IMG/VR virus record: IMGVR_UViG_3300046460_000097
Length of the DNA stretch: 64,000 nucleotides
Source: a virus
Taxonomy: Duplodnaviria; Caudoviricetes
Strand: one strand, 5' to 3'
A model generated the notes under the pieces. That model made no database searches. It had not been told where the DNA came from and saw nothing but the letters and a program-made list of their open reading frames with translations. Positions 16,694 through 26,850 of the stretch are shown here, piece by piece. The translations under genes and the position numbers were made by a program. Each line of letters opens with the position of its first letter. Positions within the stretch are counted from its first letter, which is position 1.

Positions 16694-18694
16694 ATGACTT
16701 TGAACACTGGCGACAGCAGCGCTTGGGGCACCAGCGACGACAACACCGGCAAGCCTACTGGCGGCAACAATGCTCCTGTCGGCGGCCTGGCAGGTTTGTT
16801 CCGTCTCCCGTCCATGACCTCGGACAACCGCAACCTGAAAGAAGTCTCCGAAACCATGGAGAAGGTTGCACAGATCTACGAGAACGCGAAGAAGTCCACC
16901 ACCAACGAACTGCAGCGCAAGATCATTCCAACGATCGAATCCCTGACCTCCTCGATCTCGCCGCTGCTTCCCGGCCTGGGCCTGTACTGCACCTACGAAG
17001 GCACCATGTACGTCATGGGCGTCCTGTTCTCCAACCGCAACCTGACCATCGGTTCTGAGCGCATCACCATCAGCGGCATGAACAACATGACCCAACAGGT
17101 TTCGATCCCTGTTGCCCCGGCCCAATACGCCAACGGTCAGTTCCTGGAAAAGCTGAAAGGTCACTACGTCCGTCACGCCGAAAGCCAAGGCGTCAAGAAC
17201 GTATCCGTGATCAACATGATCGTGGTGGATTTGGAGATGCTCGCGCATCCCGAAGCCGGCGAGCAGAAAGACTGGCCTCACAACATCGCCAACTACCTGG
17301 CGAGCGAGTGGGAAGAAGCCATCATGGTCAAATCGGTTCAGGAAATCTGCGCCGCTGGCTATGCAACTCCAAACCCGTTCGCAACTCCTGAGCAGCCATA
17401 CGGCAAGGACAACTGCGCCGAAGCTCGCGTTAGCGCCATCAGCAACCGTGTAACCAAAGGTCGTACTCTGACCGCGGCCAACATGGAAGTGATCGCTTCC
17501 ACCATCAACAACAACAGCAACATCAGCAACTACTCCGGCAACTCGAAAGAGATCGCTCGAGCTACTGCGATCGTTGGCCTGAACGCTGTTAGCTGGGAAG
17601 AGCACAACCGCTTCATCATGTCGCACCGCACTCCAGACCAGATGTCGAACCTCCAGAACTTCCTGGGCGCCGGCGGCATGGGTGGTGCAGTGTTCCCGAA
17701 CGGTTACCGTCCACTGCGTCCAGTAATCACCGTGGAAGCGGTGCAAGCTGGTGAGCAACTGCAGAACAACGGCGGTCTGTACCCGTTCTTCTACGGCCTG
17801 TACCTGCTGATGTCCACCAACAACAACTACGTCTTCGCAGAAGCCTTGCGTCGTCACAGTGTTGGTGCACGCGGCAACCTGGCTGACCTGGAAGTTCGCA
17901 TCAACCAGATGCTGGCTCAGATCCCTGGCGGTCTGCAAGCTCAGCGCATCACTCTGGACGACAAGAAGATCGCGGATACCGATCTGGTGAACCAATGGAT
18001 TCGCCAGAATGTGTCCCCACATGCAACGTTCCAGGTCAACCTGATCTCGAGCGGTCCGCATGCGTCGATCATGAACTTCCTGTTCCGCCTGGCCGGCAAG
18101 TCCAACGTGAACGAGGTCAAGACCACGATCGCTCTGATCGATGCAATGACCAACAACAAGCTGTCCGAAATCATCAAGCGCAACCTGGCAGCCAACAGCG
18201 GCTGGAACCCTGGCAAGCCAGTGCTCCTGCCTACCGGCATGATCGCAGTAAACGGCCTGGCCGAGTACGGCGACAAGAAGCTCAACACCCAGGAAGTGGA
18301 CGAGATGATGATCTCGCACGTCAAGGGCAAGGGCGGCCAAGCAGCGATCGAGTCGTACCTGGGCACTCAGTACGGGTCCAACCCGCACGAAGAGTTCAAG
18401 CAACGCGCTCAGAAACTGCGTGTTGAACTGTCGTCGTCGATCTTCGATGGCAAGGTTCACATCAACGGTTTCGCACAACCGCACATCTGGGCACCGGACT
18501 TCATGTCGGCACTGGGTGAAGCAATGGACAGCATCGGTCAACTGAACGTGGCGAACAACCTCGGCAGCTGGCGTTCGAACGCTCTGGTGTACGCACCGGG
18601 CGTAGGTCTGGCCACTGTGTCGGCCGCCGGTTCCAACAACCCGACTGGTTCGGGCCTGGGCGTGGCGTACAACATGGGTCAATCCTTCATGTAA
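16694..18694 (+). CDS. chmA: Chimallin, major phage nuclear shell protein
   Basis: 666 aa, directly upstream of the nvRNAP beta-prime gene. Segments TFQVNLISSG, PVLLPTGM and INGFAQPHIWAPDFMSAL align with recalled chimallin blocks. Extreme codon bias. Confidence 0.85.
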   Translation: MTLNTGDSSAWGTSDDNTGKPTGGNNAPVGGLAGLFRLPSMTSDNRNLKEVSETMEKVAQIYENAKKSTTNELQRKIIPTIESLTSSISPLLPGLGLYCTYEGTMYVMGVLFSNRNLTIGSERITISGMNNMTQQVSIPVAPAQYANGQFLEKLKGHYVRHAESQGVKNVSVINMIVVDLEMLAHPEAGEQKDWPHNIANYLASEWEEAIMVKSVQEICAAGYATPNPFATPEQPYGKDNCAEARVSAISNRVTKGRTLTAANMEVIASTINNNSNISNYSGNSKEIARATAIVGLNAVSWEEHNRFIMSHRTPDQMSNLQNFLGAGGMGGAVFPNGYRPLRPVITVEAVQAGEQLQNNGGLYPFFYGLYLLMSTNNNYVFAEALRRHSVGARGNLADLEVRINQMLAQIPGGLQAQRITLDDKKIADTDLVNQWIRQNVSPHATFQVNLISSGPHASIMNFLFRLAGKSNVNEVKTTIALIDAMTNNKLSEIIKRNLAANSGWNPGKPVLLPTGMIAVNGLAEYGDKKLNTQEVDEMMISHVKGKGGQAAIESYLGTQYGSNPHEEFKQRAQKLRVELSSSIFDGKVHINGFAQPHIWAPDFMSALGEAMDSIGQLNVANNLGSWRSNALVYAPGVGLATVSAAGSNNPTGSGLGVAYNMGQSFM

Positions 18695-18720
18695 GACGGC
18701 CATCGCGTCGTAATGAACCA

Positions 18721-18770
18721 GAGAGCGAGGAGGGTAACACCTCTTCGCTTTCTAGTTCTTTTTTCTCTTT
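18721..18770 (+). terminator. Intrinsic terminator after chmA
   Basis: AGAGCGAGGAGG / CCTCTTCGCTTT stem followed by T tracts. Confidence 0.65.
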
Positions 18771-18785
18771 TTTCTGGAGTCAGTC

Positions 18786-20402
18786 ATGTACCTTCCCGAA
18801 CTTACTCCTTCCAATGAAAAAGCTATTGCTGCACTAACACAGTACAGCGAAGAAGCACTGGATCCGATTCCGCACTTCACAGCGTTTGCCAAGAAGTTCG
18901 GTAAGTCCTTGGAAGACGACCCGCTTTACTCTCGTCCGTTGTATATCGACTTCGAGGATTTCGACTATCTTCACGATACCAGTCGCCTCAAGCCGGTCTA
19001 CCTGAACGACTTCGATTTCAACATCCAGGAAGATCGCGATACACTGGCGCGTCTCACTCGGATGGAGTTCAATGGTAACTCGTTTGAAACGGTTGCACGT
19101 TGTACTTGTGGTAAGCTGCGGGGTAACTACCGACTGAAGCAAGGCAAAGCCTGTGACGTCTGTGGTGATGTCCCTGAGCTGTTCTTGGACAAGGGCGAGG
19201 ATACTCGTCTGTGGTTGCGTTGTCCTGAAGGTGTAACTGCTTTCATCAACATCGGCTTCTTCACAACCTTCTTTAACAAGGTGGGTATTGGTAGCCCGAA
19301 GGTCTGTGTGCCGCGTTACTTCATTGACCCGGTCTATCGTGCTCAGGTCAATAAACAGAAGAACACCACTCAGGTACTTCTGCGCAACATGTTGGAAGAA
19401 CTCCAGATCACTCAGATCGACCTCAATACGTTCCACGAGCGTTGCGACGACCTGATGCACTGGATGTTGATCGGTAACGGCAAACGTCACTGCACCACTT
19501 CTCACGAAGGCGTGTTGTTGATGGATGTGTACCAGAAGAACCGCCACTTGGCCTTCTGCAAATACATCAAGGTACCGAACCGTTACGCTACTGTGTTGGA
19601 GAAGGCGGGTAAAGAGATTTACTCGTACAGTCACCAACCAGAAACGGCTAAGCTGTATTTTGCCATCGCCGACACCAAGCGTTCCAATCAGGTAGTCAAA
19701 CTGTCTCAGGTTGATCTGAAGAAGAACGTAGCGATCGTTGGTAAGACTCTGGTCAATCTGGCGGATCAGTACCGGAAGATCAACAACCCGAAAGCGTTGT
19801 TTGGTAAACCGGCTATCAACCGTAAGCACGTGGCGTCTGGTGCATTGCCATTCACCGGTCGTTCTGTGATCACCTCGCAGACTGGTATCATCAACCCGGA
19901 CGAACTGTTGGTTCCGTGGAAGATGTGCTTGTCGATGCTGGAGTATCACATCACCTCGTTCCTGTATCGTCGTGGTCATACTCCGTACGAAGCAATTCGT
20001 CGAATTAACCAAGCGGCGTACAATATTGATCCACTGATCGATGAATTCTTTACGGATCTGGAGGTAAACCGTAAGTGTGTCATCGAAGCTGGTCGAAATC
20101 CGTCGATTGAATATCTCAGTCTGCGGGCATTCTTCCTGCGTATCAACCGGGACCTTGAAGACGAAAGTATCAAGATTCCAATCTTGGCAGTTAAAGAGGC
20201 CAACGCCGACTTTGACGGTGACAACGTGTATGTTGTTATCATGGTTGACAACGAATCCAAAGCGAAAGCTTACGGCGCATTCGGTCACCACCAAGTGCTG
20301 GACCGCAACATTCCGTTCAGGGTTGGCGACTACGCTGGGCAGGCGGCCACTAACCTTATGAACCTTAACACGCTGATGTCGCAAACACCGATCTTGGCGT
20401 AA
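18786..20402 (+). CDS. Non-virion RNA polymerase beta-prime N-terminal subunit (phiKZ gp55-56.1-like)
   Basis: Zn motif CTCG...CDVCG; GRSVIT; catalytic NADFDGD at 20202-20222; uninterrupted frame. Confidence 0.92.
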   Translation: MYLPELTPSNEKAIAALTQYSEEALDPIPHFTAFAKKFGKSLEDDPLYSRPLYIDFEDFDYLHDTSRLKPVYLNDFDFNIQEDRDTLARLTRMEFNGNSFETVARCTCGKLRGNYRLKQGKACDVCGDVPELFLDKGEDTRLWLRCPEGVTAFINIGFFTTFFNKVGIGSPKVCVPRYFIDPVYRAQVNKQKNTTQVLLRNMLEELQITQIDLNTFHERCDDLMHWMLIGNGKRHCTTSHEGVLLMDVYQKNRHLAFCKYIKVPNRYATVLEKAGKEIYSYSHQPETAKLYFAIADTKRSNQVVKLSQVDLKKNVAIVGKTLVNLADQYRKINNPKALFGKPAINRKHVASGALPFTGRSVITSQTGIINPDELLVPWKMCLSMLEYHITSFLYRRGHTPYEAIRRINQAAYNIDPLIDEFFTDLEVNRKCVIEAGRNPSIEYLSLRAFFLRINRDLEDESIKIPILAVKEANADFDGDNVYVVIMVDNESKAKAYGAFGHHQVLDRNIPFRVGDYAGQAATNLMNLNTLMSQTPILA

Positions 20403-20421
20403 CCAGTTAGAGGCAGGACTA

Positions 20422-21063
20422 ATGAACAGTGCTCACGCATTTACGTACGCTATTTCAGGTAGCTATACGGAAAACCAAATGCAGAAGTACTCCAACTACA
20501 CGAACCAAGTCGCGCAAGCATTCCAGCAGGGTGGAGGCTGGCTAGCTGATCAAGCTACTCGAGCGCTAGACGGGTTCAATACGTTTGTAAATTCCCGAGC
20601 ATGGGAAATGAGCAAGCGGTTGTTGGGTAAGTCTGATGGCGATTACGTCAGTCGGTTTGAAATTGGTTACCTCGGCAGTGTCAATGGTCTGCAAGGTGCT
20701 CAGGGTTTCATGCGCGATTACATCATGGCGCACACTGGCATTCAGCAGGATTACCAGAACGACCTGATCGAGGGTTACGAGGGCAACTTCAGCAAGCTGT
20801 GTGTCGGTATTGGTGAGGAAAACATTTTCTATCGTCGTGCTATGAACGGCATGCTTCATATCGAAACGGTCGATGACAAGCAACAGGCTCGACACACTCA
20901 CTACATGGAAAGCATGGGTGGTGGATTGTCGTTCCGTGAGCGAGTAGATGTCCATAAGACTTGGGCCGCTATCGACCATCATCGTGCGAAGAAACTGTTC
21001 GACGTTACCAGCGAGCGCAACAACCCGCTGGCTACTGCTGAGACCTCGTCAGACGACGAATAA
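20422..21063 (+). CDS. Conserved hypothetical protein (213 aa)
   Basis: GAGG/AGGA SD; core-block position after the beta-prime gene. Confidence 0.7.
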   Translation: MNSAHAFTYAISGSYTENQMQKYSNYTNQVAQAFQQGGGWLADQATRALDGFNTFVNSRAWEMSKRLLGKSDGDYVSRFEIGYLGSVNGLQGAQGFMRDYIMAHTGIQQDYQNDLIEGYEGNFSKLCVGIGEENIFYRRAMNGMLHIETVDDKQQARHTHYMESMGGGLSFRERVDVHKTWAAIDHHRAKKLFDVTSERNNPLATAETSSDDE

Positions 21064-21072
21064 GCAACTTTA

Positions 21073-21113
21073 ATAAACCAGGGGAGGGTGTGCCTTCCTT
21101 GGTTTATTTTTTT
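21073..21113 (+). terminator. Intrinsic terminator
   Basis: ATAAACCAGGGGAGGG / CCTTCCTTGGTTTAT stem followed by a T tract. Confidence 0.65.
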
Positions 21114-21183
21114 GTTTCACGCATCTTACAGCGCTTTGCTGTTTTATTCTTATAGAGGGTCCGATCACTAAAGGGTTTCCATC

Positions 21184-21588
21184 ATGGCAGGTTATTGCGT
21201 AGGGACTATGTCCTCCAAAGTTGGTTGGGAAATCAAATCCCCACAAGAAGCACTGGCACTTCATTTCATGTACTGGTTCACCACGCGCCGAGATCAAGGC
21301 AAGGTAATCGGGCAGGTTCCTTCTTTTTATTATCTCTGGGCTACCCATGGTACTACACCGGAGACCATGGTAGATCGCACCAAGACTGAGTTCGACAGCT
21401 ACATTAAAGAGCTCTTCCCAAAGTCTGAAGTGAACGTGACCATGGAGAAGGTTGAAGGCCAGAAAAACAATTACCATCTGTTACTGGCAGCCAAGATCAT
21501 CGTGGACGGTATTGTTTACGATCTGTCGAAGGTTGTACTGGTGACGGGTGAAAAATACAAAGTACTTGATCAGAAGAGGCTCGGATAA
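21184..21588 (+). CDS. Conserved hypothetical protein, possibly gp25-like baseplate fold
   Basis: 134 aa; helix followed by a beta-rich C-terminus. The fold is inference. Confidence 0.5.
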   Translation: MAGYCVGTMSSKVGWEIKSPQEALALHFMYWFTTRRDQGKVIGQVPSFYYLWATHGTTPETMVDRTKTEFDSYIKELFPKSEVNVTMEKVEGQKNNYHLLLAAKIIVDGIVYDLSKVVLVTGEKYKVLDQKRLG

Positions 21589-21590
21589 CA

Positions 21591-22391
21591 ATGGCAGCTC
21601 AGCATTTGTCTAAGGAAGAACGTGCAGAAATTATCAAGGAAGATTTCCGTTTCCTTGATGAAGTTCAGATTCAGAAGGTTAACGGTAAGCCGATGATGAG
21701 TGACGGCACCATGCCGCACAACGTATCGCACGTCATCTACGAGAAAGAGTTCGTAGAGAAGTGGCTGATGGGGTTCGCGTTGGGCAACTACCGCGGTATC
21801 AACTACTTCAAAGCTGACGAATGGTTCAGTTTGTCGGCCAACGGCACCCGCGCCGTAATGGTAGTGGACGATGACCACAAGCCACTGCTGGTGATTGCTC
21901 CAATGATCACCCACAACCTGTCGCCGCGTGAGTTTCAGCTGCTGCAACAGGCCAGTCGCTACATCCACAGCAACAGCGTGGACACCATCAAGGCGAACGA
22001 TCCGAACGCCAACCTAGGTATCGCTCGCAAGATCAAAGAAACGCTCGCTGAGAAGAAGCGTATCACTCTGACCGAGATGGTTATCCCAGAGTTCTACGAG
22101 AAACACGGCGTCATCCCTGAAGTTGAACAGCAGGTCTATTATATCAAGGACAACCTGCTGCAAGGTGCTGCGCCGATCGACGATATCAACCGCCTGCGCC
22201 ACGTTCTCTATGCGAACTACCGTAAAGAGAACATCAGCCAGGAAGAGTTCGAACTCGTCGAGCGTCTGACCCGTAACACTCCTCTGGTGTTCCAGTTCAA
22301 CCCAGAGTGCCTCAACGCTGTAAAGGTAAACGCCACCAAAGGCGTAGCTGCGGAAACACGGGAGACACCGGTAGACCCGCTTGAATGTTAA
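21591..22391 (+). CDS. Conserved hypothetical protein (266 aa)
   Basis: Coupled ORF with strong codon bias. Confidence 0.7.
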   Translation: MAAQHLSKEERAEIIKEDFRFLDEVQIQKVNGKPMMSDGTMPHNVSHVIYEKEFVEKWLMGFALGNYRGINYFKADEWFSLSANGTRAVMVVDDDHKPLLVIAPMITHNLSPREFQLLQQASRYIHSNSVDTIKANDPNANLGIARKIKETLAEKKRITLTEMVIPEFYEKHGVIPEVEQQVYYIKDNLLQGAAPIDDINRLRHVLYANYRKENISQEEFELVERLTRNTPLVFQFNPECLNAVKVNATKGVAAETRETPVDPLEC

Positions 22392-22406
22392 TTAGGATTA
22401 GGGGAT

Positions 22407-23534
22407 TTGCAAGTGCGTTTTCTATGGAGCTCTGACCATCACACGCTACACCAGATTACCCCTACGACTCACATCTTGGGTAACCTGTCGAAGTTCCTGT
22501 GGATCGATCATGACTTGGCTAAGGTCAACATGGTTGTATTCGGTGGTGATTTCATGGAACGAGTTGTTGATTCCCCTAATGCTGATAACTTCAAGATCAA
22601 GGATTGGGGAAGGGAGTTTCTGGATAAGGCCCATGAAGCCAATCCGGATATGGTTGTTATCTGGTTAGAAGGGACTTCGTCTCATGACTGGGGGCAGCCA
22701 CGTCACTTCCTCAATCTAGCACCTCGGGGATTCGATGTCCGTTATATCGACACCTTATGCATTCAGGTGTTCGAGCAGTTTGATGATCTGTCGGTTATGT
22801 ATGTACCCGACAACATGGGCAAGATGACTCCGGATGATATCTGGGATCTCGCTCTGAAAGAATTGAAATCCAAGAACATGGATAAGGTCGATCTGATCTA
22901 CTTCCATGGTGGGTTCGAATTCCAGTTGCATGCTGCGGCTCGCCACAGTGCGCACAACCTCGATCGATGGGAATCCATCGCCGAGTACGGGATCTTCGCT
23001 GGTCACATCCACACGCCCGTACAGAAGGGCAAGCTGTGGACTTCTGGCTCGTTCGATCGTACCGCTCATGGTGAAGAACATCCCAAGGGCGGTTACTGTG
23101 TAGATCTCGATAAGAAGACCAATAAGTTTAATCCGGTCTTCTGGGAAAACAAAAATGCTTTGCCTTATGTCACCATGAAAGTGGATAAAGAGACTGGGGC
23201 AGAACAACTGGTTAAAGATGTTCACGAGTTCATTGCAAAAAAGAAACTCCCGCTACACGCGCAACTGCGTATTAAAGGAGGATCTTCTGAAGTTGTTAAC
23301 CCGGTAATGGCGGTACTCGCCAAGGACTACCCGTACCTAGGGTTCAAGTCTGACAACGAGGTGGATAAAGGGATCCTAGTAGACGACACGATGTTTGATT
23401 CGAACGTTTACGTAGGTGTGTCTTTAACCAAAGAGAACCTTAACGATTCGTTACTTCCAGAAATCTCAGACGAACTTGAAGCGGCTGGGATTTCGGTAGA
23501 CGAAGCCTGGGCGGTTCTTGAGGAGTTCACATGA
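22407..23534 (+). CDS. Mre11/SbcD-like metallophosphoesterase nuclease
   Basis: SDHH, GGDF, EGTSSHD, FHGG and AGHIH motifs. Confidence 0.85.
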   Translation: MQVRFLWSSDHHTLHQITPTTHILGNLSKFLWIDHDLAKVNMVVFGGDFMERVVDSPNADNFKIKDWGREFLDKAHEANPDMVVIWLEGTSSHDWGQPRHFLNLAPRGFDVRYIDTLCIQVFEQFDDLSVMYVPDNMGKMTPDDIWDLALKELKSKNMDKVDLIYFHGGFEFQLHAAARHSAHNLDRWESIAEYGIFAGHIHTPVQKGKLWTSGSFDRTAHGEEHPKGGYCVDLDKKTNKFNPVFWENKNALPYVTMKVDKETGAEQLVKDVHEFIAKKKLPLHAQLRIKGGSSEVVNPVMAVLAKDYPYLGFKSDNEVDKGILVDDTMFDSNVYVGVSLTKENLNDSLLPEISDELEAAGISVDEAWAVLEEFT

Positions 23535-24325
23535 CCAGAGCAGTTGGTGGGCTCGGGATGTCCGTAGGTACGTCATATGCCATCGAGAACGGTGGCGCTG
23601 ACGCAATGCGGGGAGCAGATACAATTCTGTTCAACCTGCGGACCCTGATCCGTAACGCGCAAGCGTCTTATGAAGCAGCAGATCCGGATTACAACAAAGT
23701 CGACCAACTCGTTAAAGATGTTGAGAGCGACTTGTTGTTACTCGGCAAATTCATCGAACAGAACCGAAAGGGGAAGCCGATTCAGATGGTGGTGTACGCG
23801 CCATCGTACCGTGGGCTGAAGAGTCGTTTCAAGCACGCTGACTTGTACGTTCCTAAAGAGAACTCGAAGAAAGAAGCCTACCTCAAGGTAGCCGAAAAGG
23901 TCTTCGATGCTGTCCTGAAGAAGTACGATAAGCTGCTGGTCAAGACTGATGTCGGCATGCCTGAGTTTAAAGGCAAAGGCATTGTATTGACACACCATGT
24001 CGTAGACCTGACGGAAGTGTCAGGCATTGGCAGACTCTATCTATTGGAGTCGCACACGGGGAATTTGAAATCCTTTACCATGTGGAACACCAAGTTAACT
24101 GGAGGGGATAAACTTCACTACATTCCTTTTAACCGACTCACCATCCAGATCTTCGGTGACAACTCGGTCAACTTTAAGTCCTCCTCGCATGCGATCAAGG
24201 AACTGGTGAAGAAGATCGCGATAGATGCCAAATGGACCTCAGCTACCTCGATGACTCGAGTACGAGGAGCCATTAACGATCTTCCTCAGGGAGTGGATAA
24301 AGCAGGTCTTTTGATGATGCTTTAA
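23531..24325 (+). CDS. Conserved protein, possible PIN/FEN-like nuclease fold
   Basis: ATGA overlap with the nuclease gene; DTILFNLRTLIRN and LTHHVVDL segments. The fold is inference. Confidence 0.45.
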   Translation: MTRAVGGLGMSVGTSYAIENGGADAMRGADTILFNLRTLIRNAQASYEAADPDYNKVDQLVKDVESDLLLLGKFIEQNRKGKPIQMVVYAPSYRGLKSRFKHADLYVPKENSKKEAYLKVAEKVFDAVLKKYDKLLVKTDVGMPEFKGKGIVLTHHVVDLTEVSGIGRLYLLESHTGNLKSFTMWNTKLTGGDKLHYIPFNRLTIQIFGDNSVNFKSSSHAIKELVKKIAIDAKWTSATSMTRVRGAINDLPQGVDKAGLLMML

Positions 24326-24394
24326 TTCCACGGTAATGCCATTAATATAGACTAAACACCCTCTTTTTCAGCTTGTACAAAAGGTAGAGAACAC

Positions 24395-25108
24395 ATGAAC
24401 GGACAGCAACAAGCACCGCGTCAACAACGGAAGAAAACATTCCTGAACGACTACCGTCAGGCACACCCTTGCACCGACGAGCCAATGCCAGGCGGCAAGT
24501 ATCCTGCTCAGCTGATGTTCGAGCAGAAGATCACCGGCCAGATCGTGCTGAAGGTGAACGACGGTGTCTTCAAGGAAGGCAAGTCCACTCACAAAGAAGT
24601 TGAGATGGACGCCTACGATCGCGGTATCCTGTTCGAAGCTCTGAACGAAGCTGCCAACAACGCCGACTTCAAAACCAAGAAGCTGGTGTTCGCCAAGCAT
24701 CAGTTCGTGTTCCAGGGCGGTTCGGGTCGTATGTCCGACAAGCCAGTGGTTCAGGTCAACATGGTCATCACTCGTGACGACAATGGCCAGATCACTGTGG
24801 GCTACAGCAAGGGCGATTACAAGGCGGTGTTCCGCTTCAAGGGTCCGCGCAGCACTGTGGTAATGGTGCGTAACGCTGCTGGCGAAACCGTGGAAGATCA
24901 CGGTGTAATGTCCCGCTGGGCCGTGCGTCACTGGACCAGCTTCATGAAGCCAGTTCTGGAACACATGGAACTGACCGGCTGGGAACCACCGAAGCCTCGT
25001 GGTGATGCTGGTGGTGGCGGTCAACGCAGTGGCGGTAACAGCTACAACGGCGGTGGTGGCGGTGGCGAGTCCAGCGGTGGCGATGCGGACTTCGACGACG
25101 ACTTCTAA
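24395..25108 (+). CDS. chmC: Single-stranded nucleic-acid-binding protein, ChmC-like (phiKZ gp67 position)
   Basis: Lies directly upstream of the gp68-like gene. Q/R-rich N-terminus; Gly-rich C-terminal IDR ending in acidic DADFDDDF. Confidence 0.6.
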   Translation: MNGQQQAPRQQRKKTFLNDYRQAHPCTDEPMPGGKYPAQLMFEQKITGQIVLKVNDGVFKEGKSTHKEVEMDAYDRGILFEALNEAANNADFKTKKLVFAKHQFVFQGGSGRMSDKPVVQVNMVITRDDNGQITVGYSKGDYKAVFRFKGPRSTVVMVRNAAGETVEDHGVMSRWAVRHWTSFMKPVLEHMELTGWEPPKPRGDAGGGGQRSGGNSYNGGGGGGESSGGDADFDDDF

Positions 25109-25132
25109 TCGTCGAGCAAACAACTCCCATAT

Positions 25133-25175
25133 TAGAGCAGAAGGGGCAACCCTCTGCTCTATACCCCTATGGCTG
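25133..25175 (+). terminator. Hairpin plus TATGGCTG element
   Basis: TAGAGCAGAAGGG-GCAA-CCCTCTGCTCTA stem; TATGGCTG at 25168-25175. Confidence 0.7.
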
Positions 25176-25211
25176 ATAACTGTTTTTTGGTGACGCTAAA
25201 AGAATTTAAAG

Positions 25212-25224
25212 CCTACATTATTAG
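25212..25224 (+). promoter_or_regulatory. Putative phage early promoter
   Basis: ATTTAAAG-CCTACATTATTAG upstream of the gp68-like gene. Confidence 0.68.
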
Positions 25225-25259
25225 GTTAGTGACATCAAATATGTTTGGAGATTGATTAC

Positions 25260-26816
25260 ATGTTAGAACTTACGATTCGCCGAACCTCCAGCAAGAAGTT
25301 TGAGAGTATTCTGGTCACTTTCAACGAACAGACTTTGAAGTTCAATGGGGAAGCCGGTATCAAGCTGGAACGTGCAATTCGTGATCGTAACGAAGCGACG
25401 TACAACCTGTTTGATTGCTTGAACGATTATATCCAAGGCACCATGGATCATGATCAGCAACTGGAACTGTTCTCCCTGTACCAGAAAGCGTGGAACATTG
25501 TGGAGGTAGGGAAGTTCCAAGACTACAACGAAGACTTGGCAGAACTGAAGCCGGTCATCAACGAGATCTTGGATTTCATCAACATCTACAAGTACTGCTC
25601 GTTCATCCAGTATTCGAAGTACCTACAGATCCCTAAAGATCTGAGCGAAGCCGCCAGCAAAGGCGACTATCCAGAACAAACCACGATCATGGATCACGAT
25701 TACGTAGAGCTGGTGAAACTAGCATTCGTGGTGCGGTCTATCTACCCAATCATCTTTGGCCTGATGTTCCGGTTCGAAGACATCATGGGTTCTGGTTTCA
25801 GTGATCTGGTATGCGGTGACCTGATCAAGGACAACCCAACCATCACAGGCATGCCGGGTTGGCATAAGCTGAAGACCTACGTGGACTTCGCTTTCAACAA
25901 ACGCGGGATCCCAGCACAGCCAGATAGCGTGGTCAGTGTTGAGAACTTTGTGGACAAGGTATTGTTTAACACCGTGTTCAATCGTTTATGTTGTGCCGCA
26001 ATCCCTGAAACCGAAGAAGGCAAGAACATTGCTACCGCAATTAACGCTTCGGTTAAGCAACACGAATCGGTCGGCACCAACTTCACTAAACGGGATTACC
26101 CGAGTGAGTCGGATGACGACAAGCGTTCGATCTATGACAAGTATCAGATTAGCGAAGATGTTCGTCCGTCTGATGAAGCGGTCAGCGCAGAGTTCTTCAG
26201 CTTCGGTCTGTTTGACGAAGAAGATAACCCTCGGTACAAAGATCGGTTCAAGTACGCCTGTATCGCTTTGAAGGTGAATCAGCCATTACTGGTTGAGAAG
26301 ATCTACGACAACCTGTCGCCTAACTGGGACTTCGAACTCGAAGATCATATCCTCAAGCTGCTGCAACTGACCTTTGCGTGGAAGGTCTCGCCCTTCATCT
26401 ATGAAGCAGCTGGTTACGATCAGTTGATGGCGGCCATCTGTCTTGCGCAAGTAAGGCTGGCGGAAATGGGTTTCAAGTATCTGCCGACTGTACTGGGTGC
26501 TATTAAAGATCCAACTGGGATTCGTACCTATCCTGACGGCATGAAACTGAATGAGGATGACAAGGAGTTCTTGGCATCTATCTGTGACATCCAAACACGT
26601 AACAACGAAGGGCGTTCATTTAACGAAGCCCTGGTAGCCGCCAATGAATTCCTTGAGAAGTTCAGCAACGGCATCTGGAGATCCAACTTGGAATACGGGG
26701 TGTTGGATGATCTGGAAGTATATGCTTTGGTGAAGCAAGGTGCTTTGTTTGGCATCGACATCAGCATCGAAGTAAAGAACGAGTTCATGGAATTGGTCCG
26801 GCAGGTCAATTCCTAA
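25260..26816 (+). CDS. nvRNAP promoter-specificity (sigma-like) subunit, phiKZ gp68-like
   Basis: About 518 aa from ATG 25260 (GGAG SD). Size and position between the ChmC-like and PicA-like genes match gp68. Confidence 0.65.
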   Translation: MLELTIRRTSSKKFESILVTFNEQTLKFNGEAGIKLERAIRDRNEATYNLFDCLNDYIQGTMDHDQQLELFSLYQKAWNIVEVGKFQDYNEDLAELKPVINEILDFINIYKYCSFIQYSKYLQIPKDLSEAASKGDYPEQTTIMDHDYVELVKLAFVVRSIYPIIFGLMFRFEDIMGSGFSDLVCGDLIKDNPTITGMPGWHKLKTYVDFAFNKRGIPAQPDSVVSVENFVDKVLFNTVFNRLCCAAIPETEEGKNIATAINASVKQHESVGTNFTKRDYPSESDDDKRSIYDKYQISEDVRPSDEAVSAEFFSFGLFDEEDNPRYKDRFKYACIALKVNQPLLVEKIYDNLSPNWDFELEDHILKLLQLTFAWKVSPFIYEAAGYDQLMAAICLAQVRLAEMGFKYLPTVLGAIKDPTGIRTYPDGMKLNEDDKEFLASICDIQTRNNEGRSFNEALVAANEFLEKFSNGIWRSNLEYGVLDDLEVYALVKQGALFGIDISIEVKNEFMELVRQVNS

Positions 26817-26850
26817 TCAGGGTTTAAGCATTCACGAGGTAGTAGCACAC

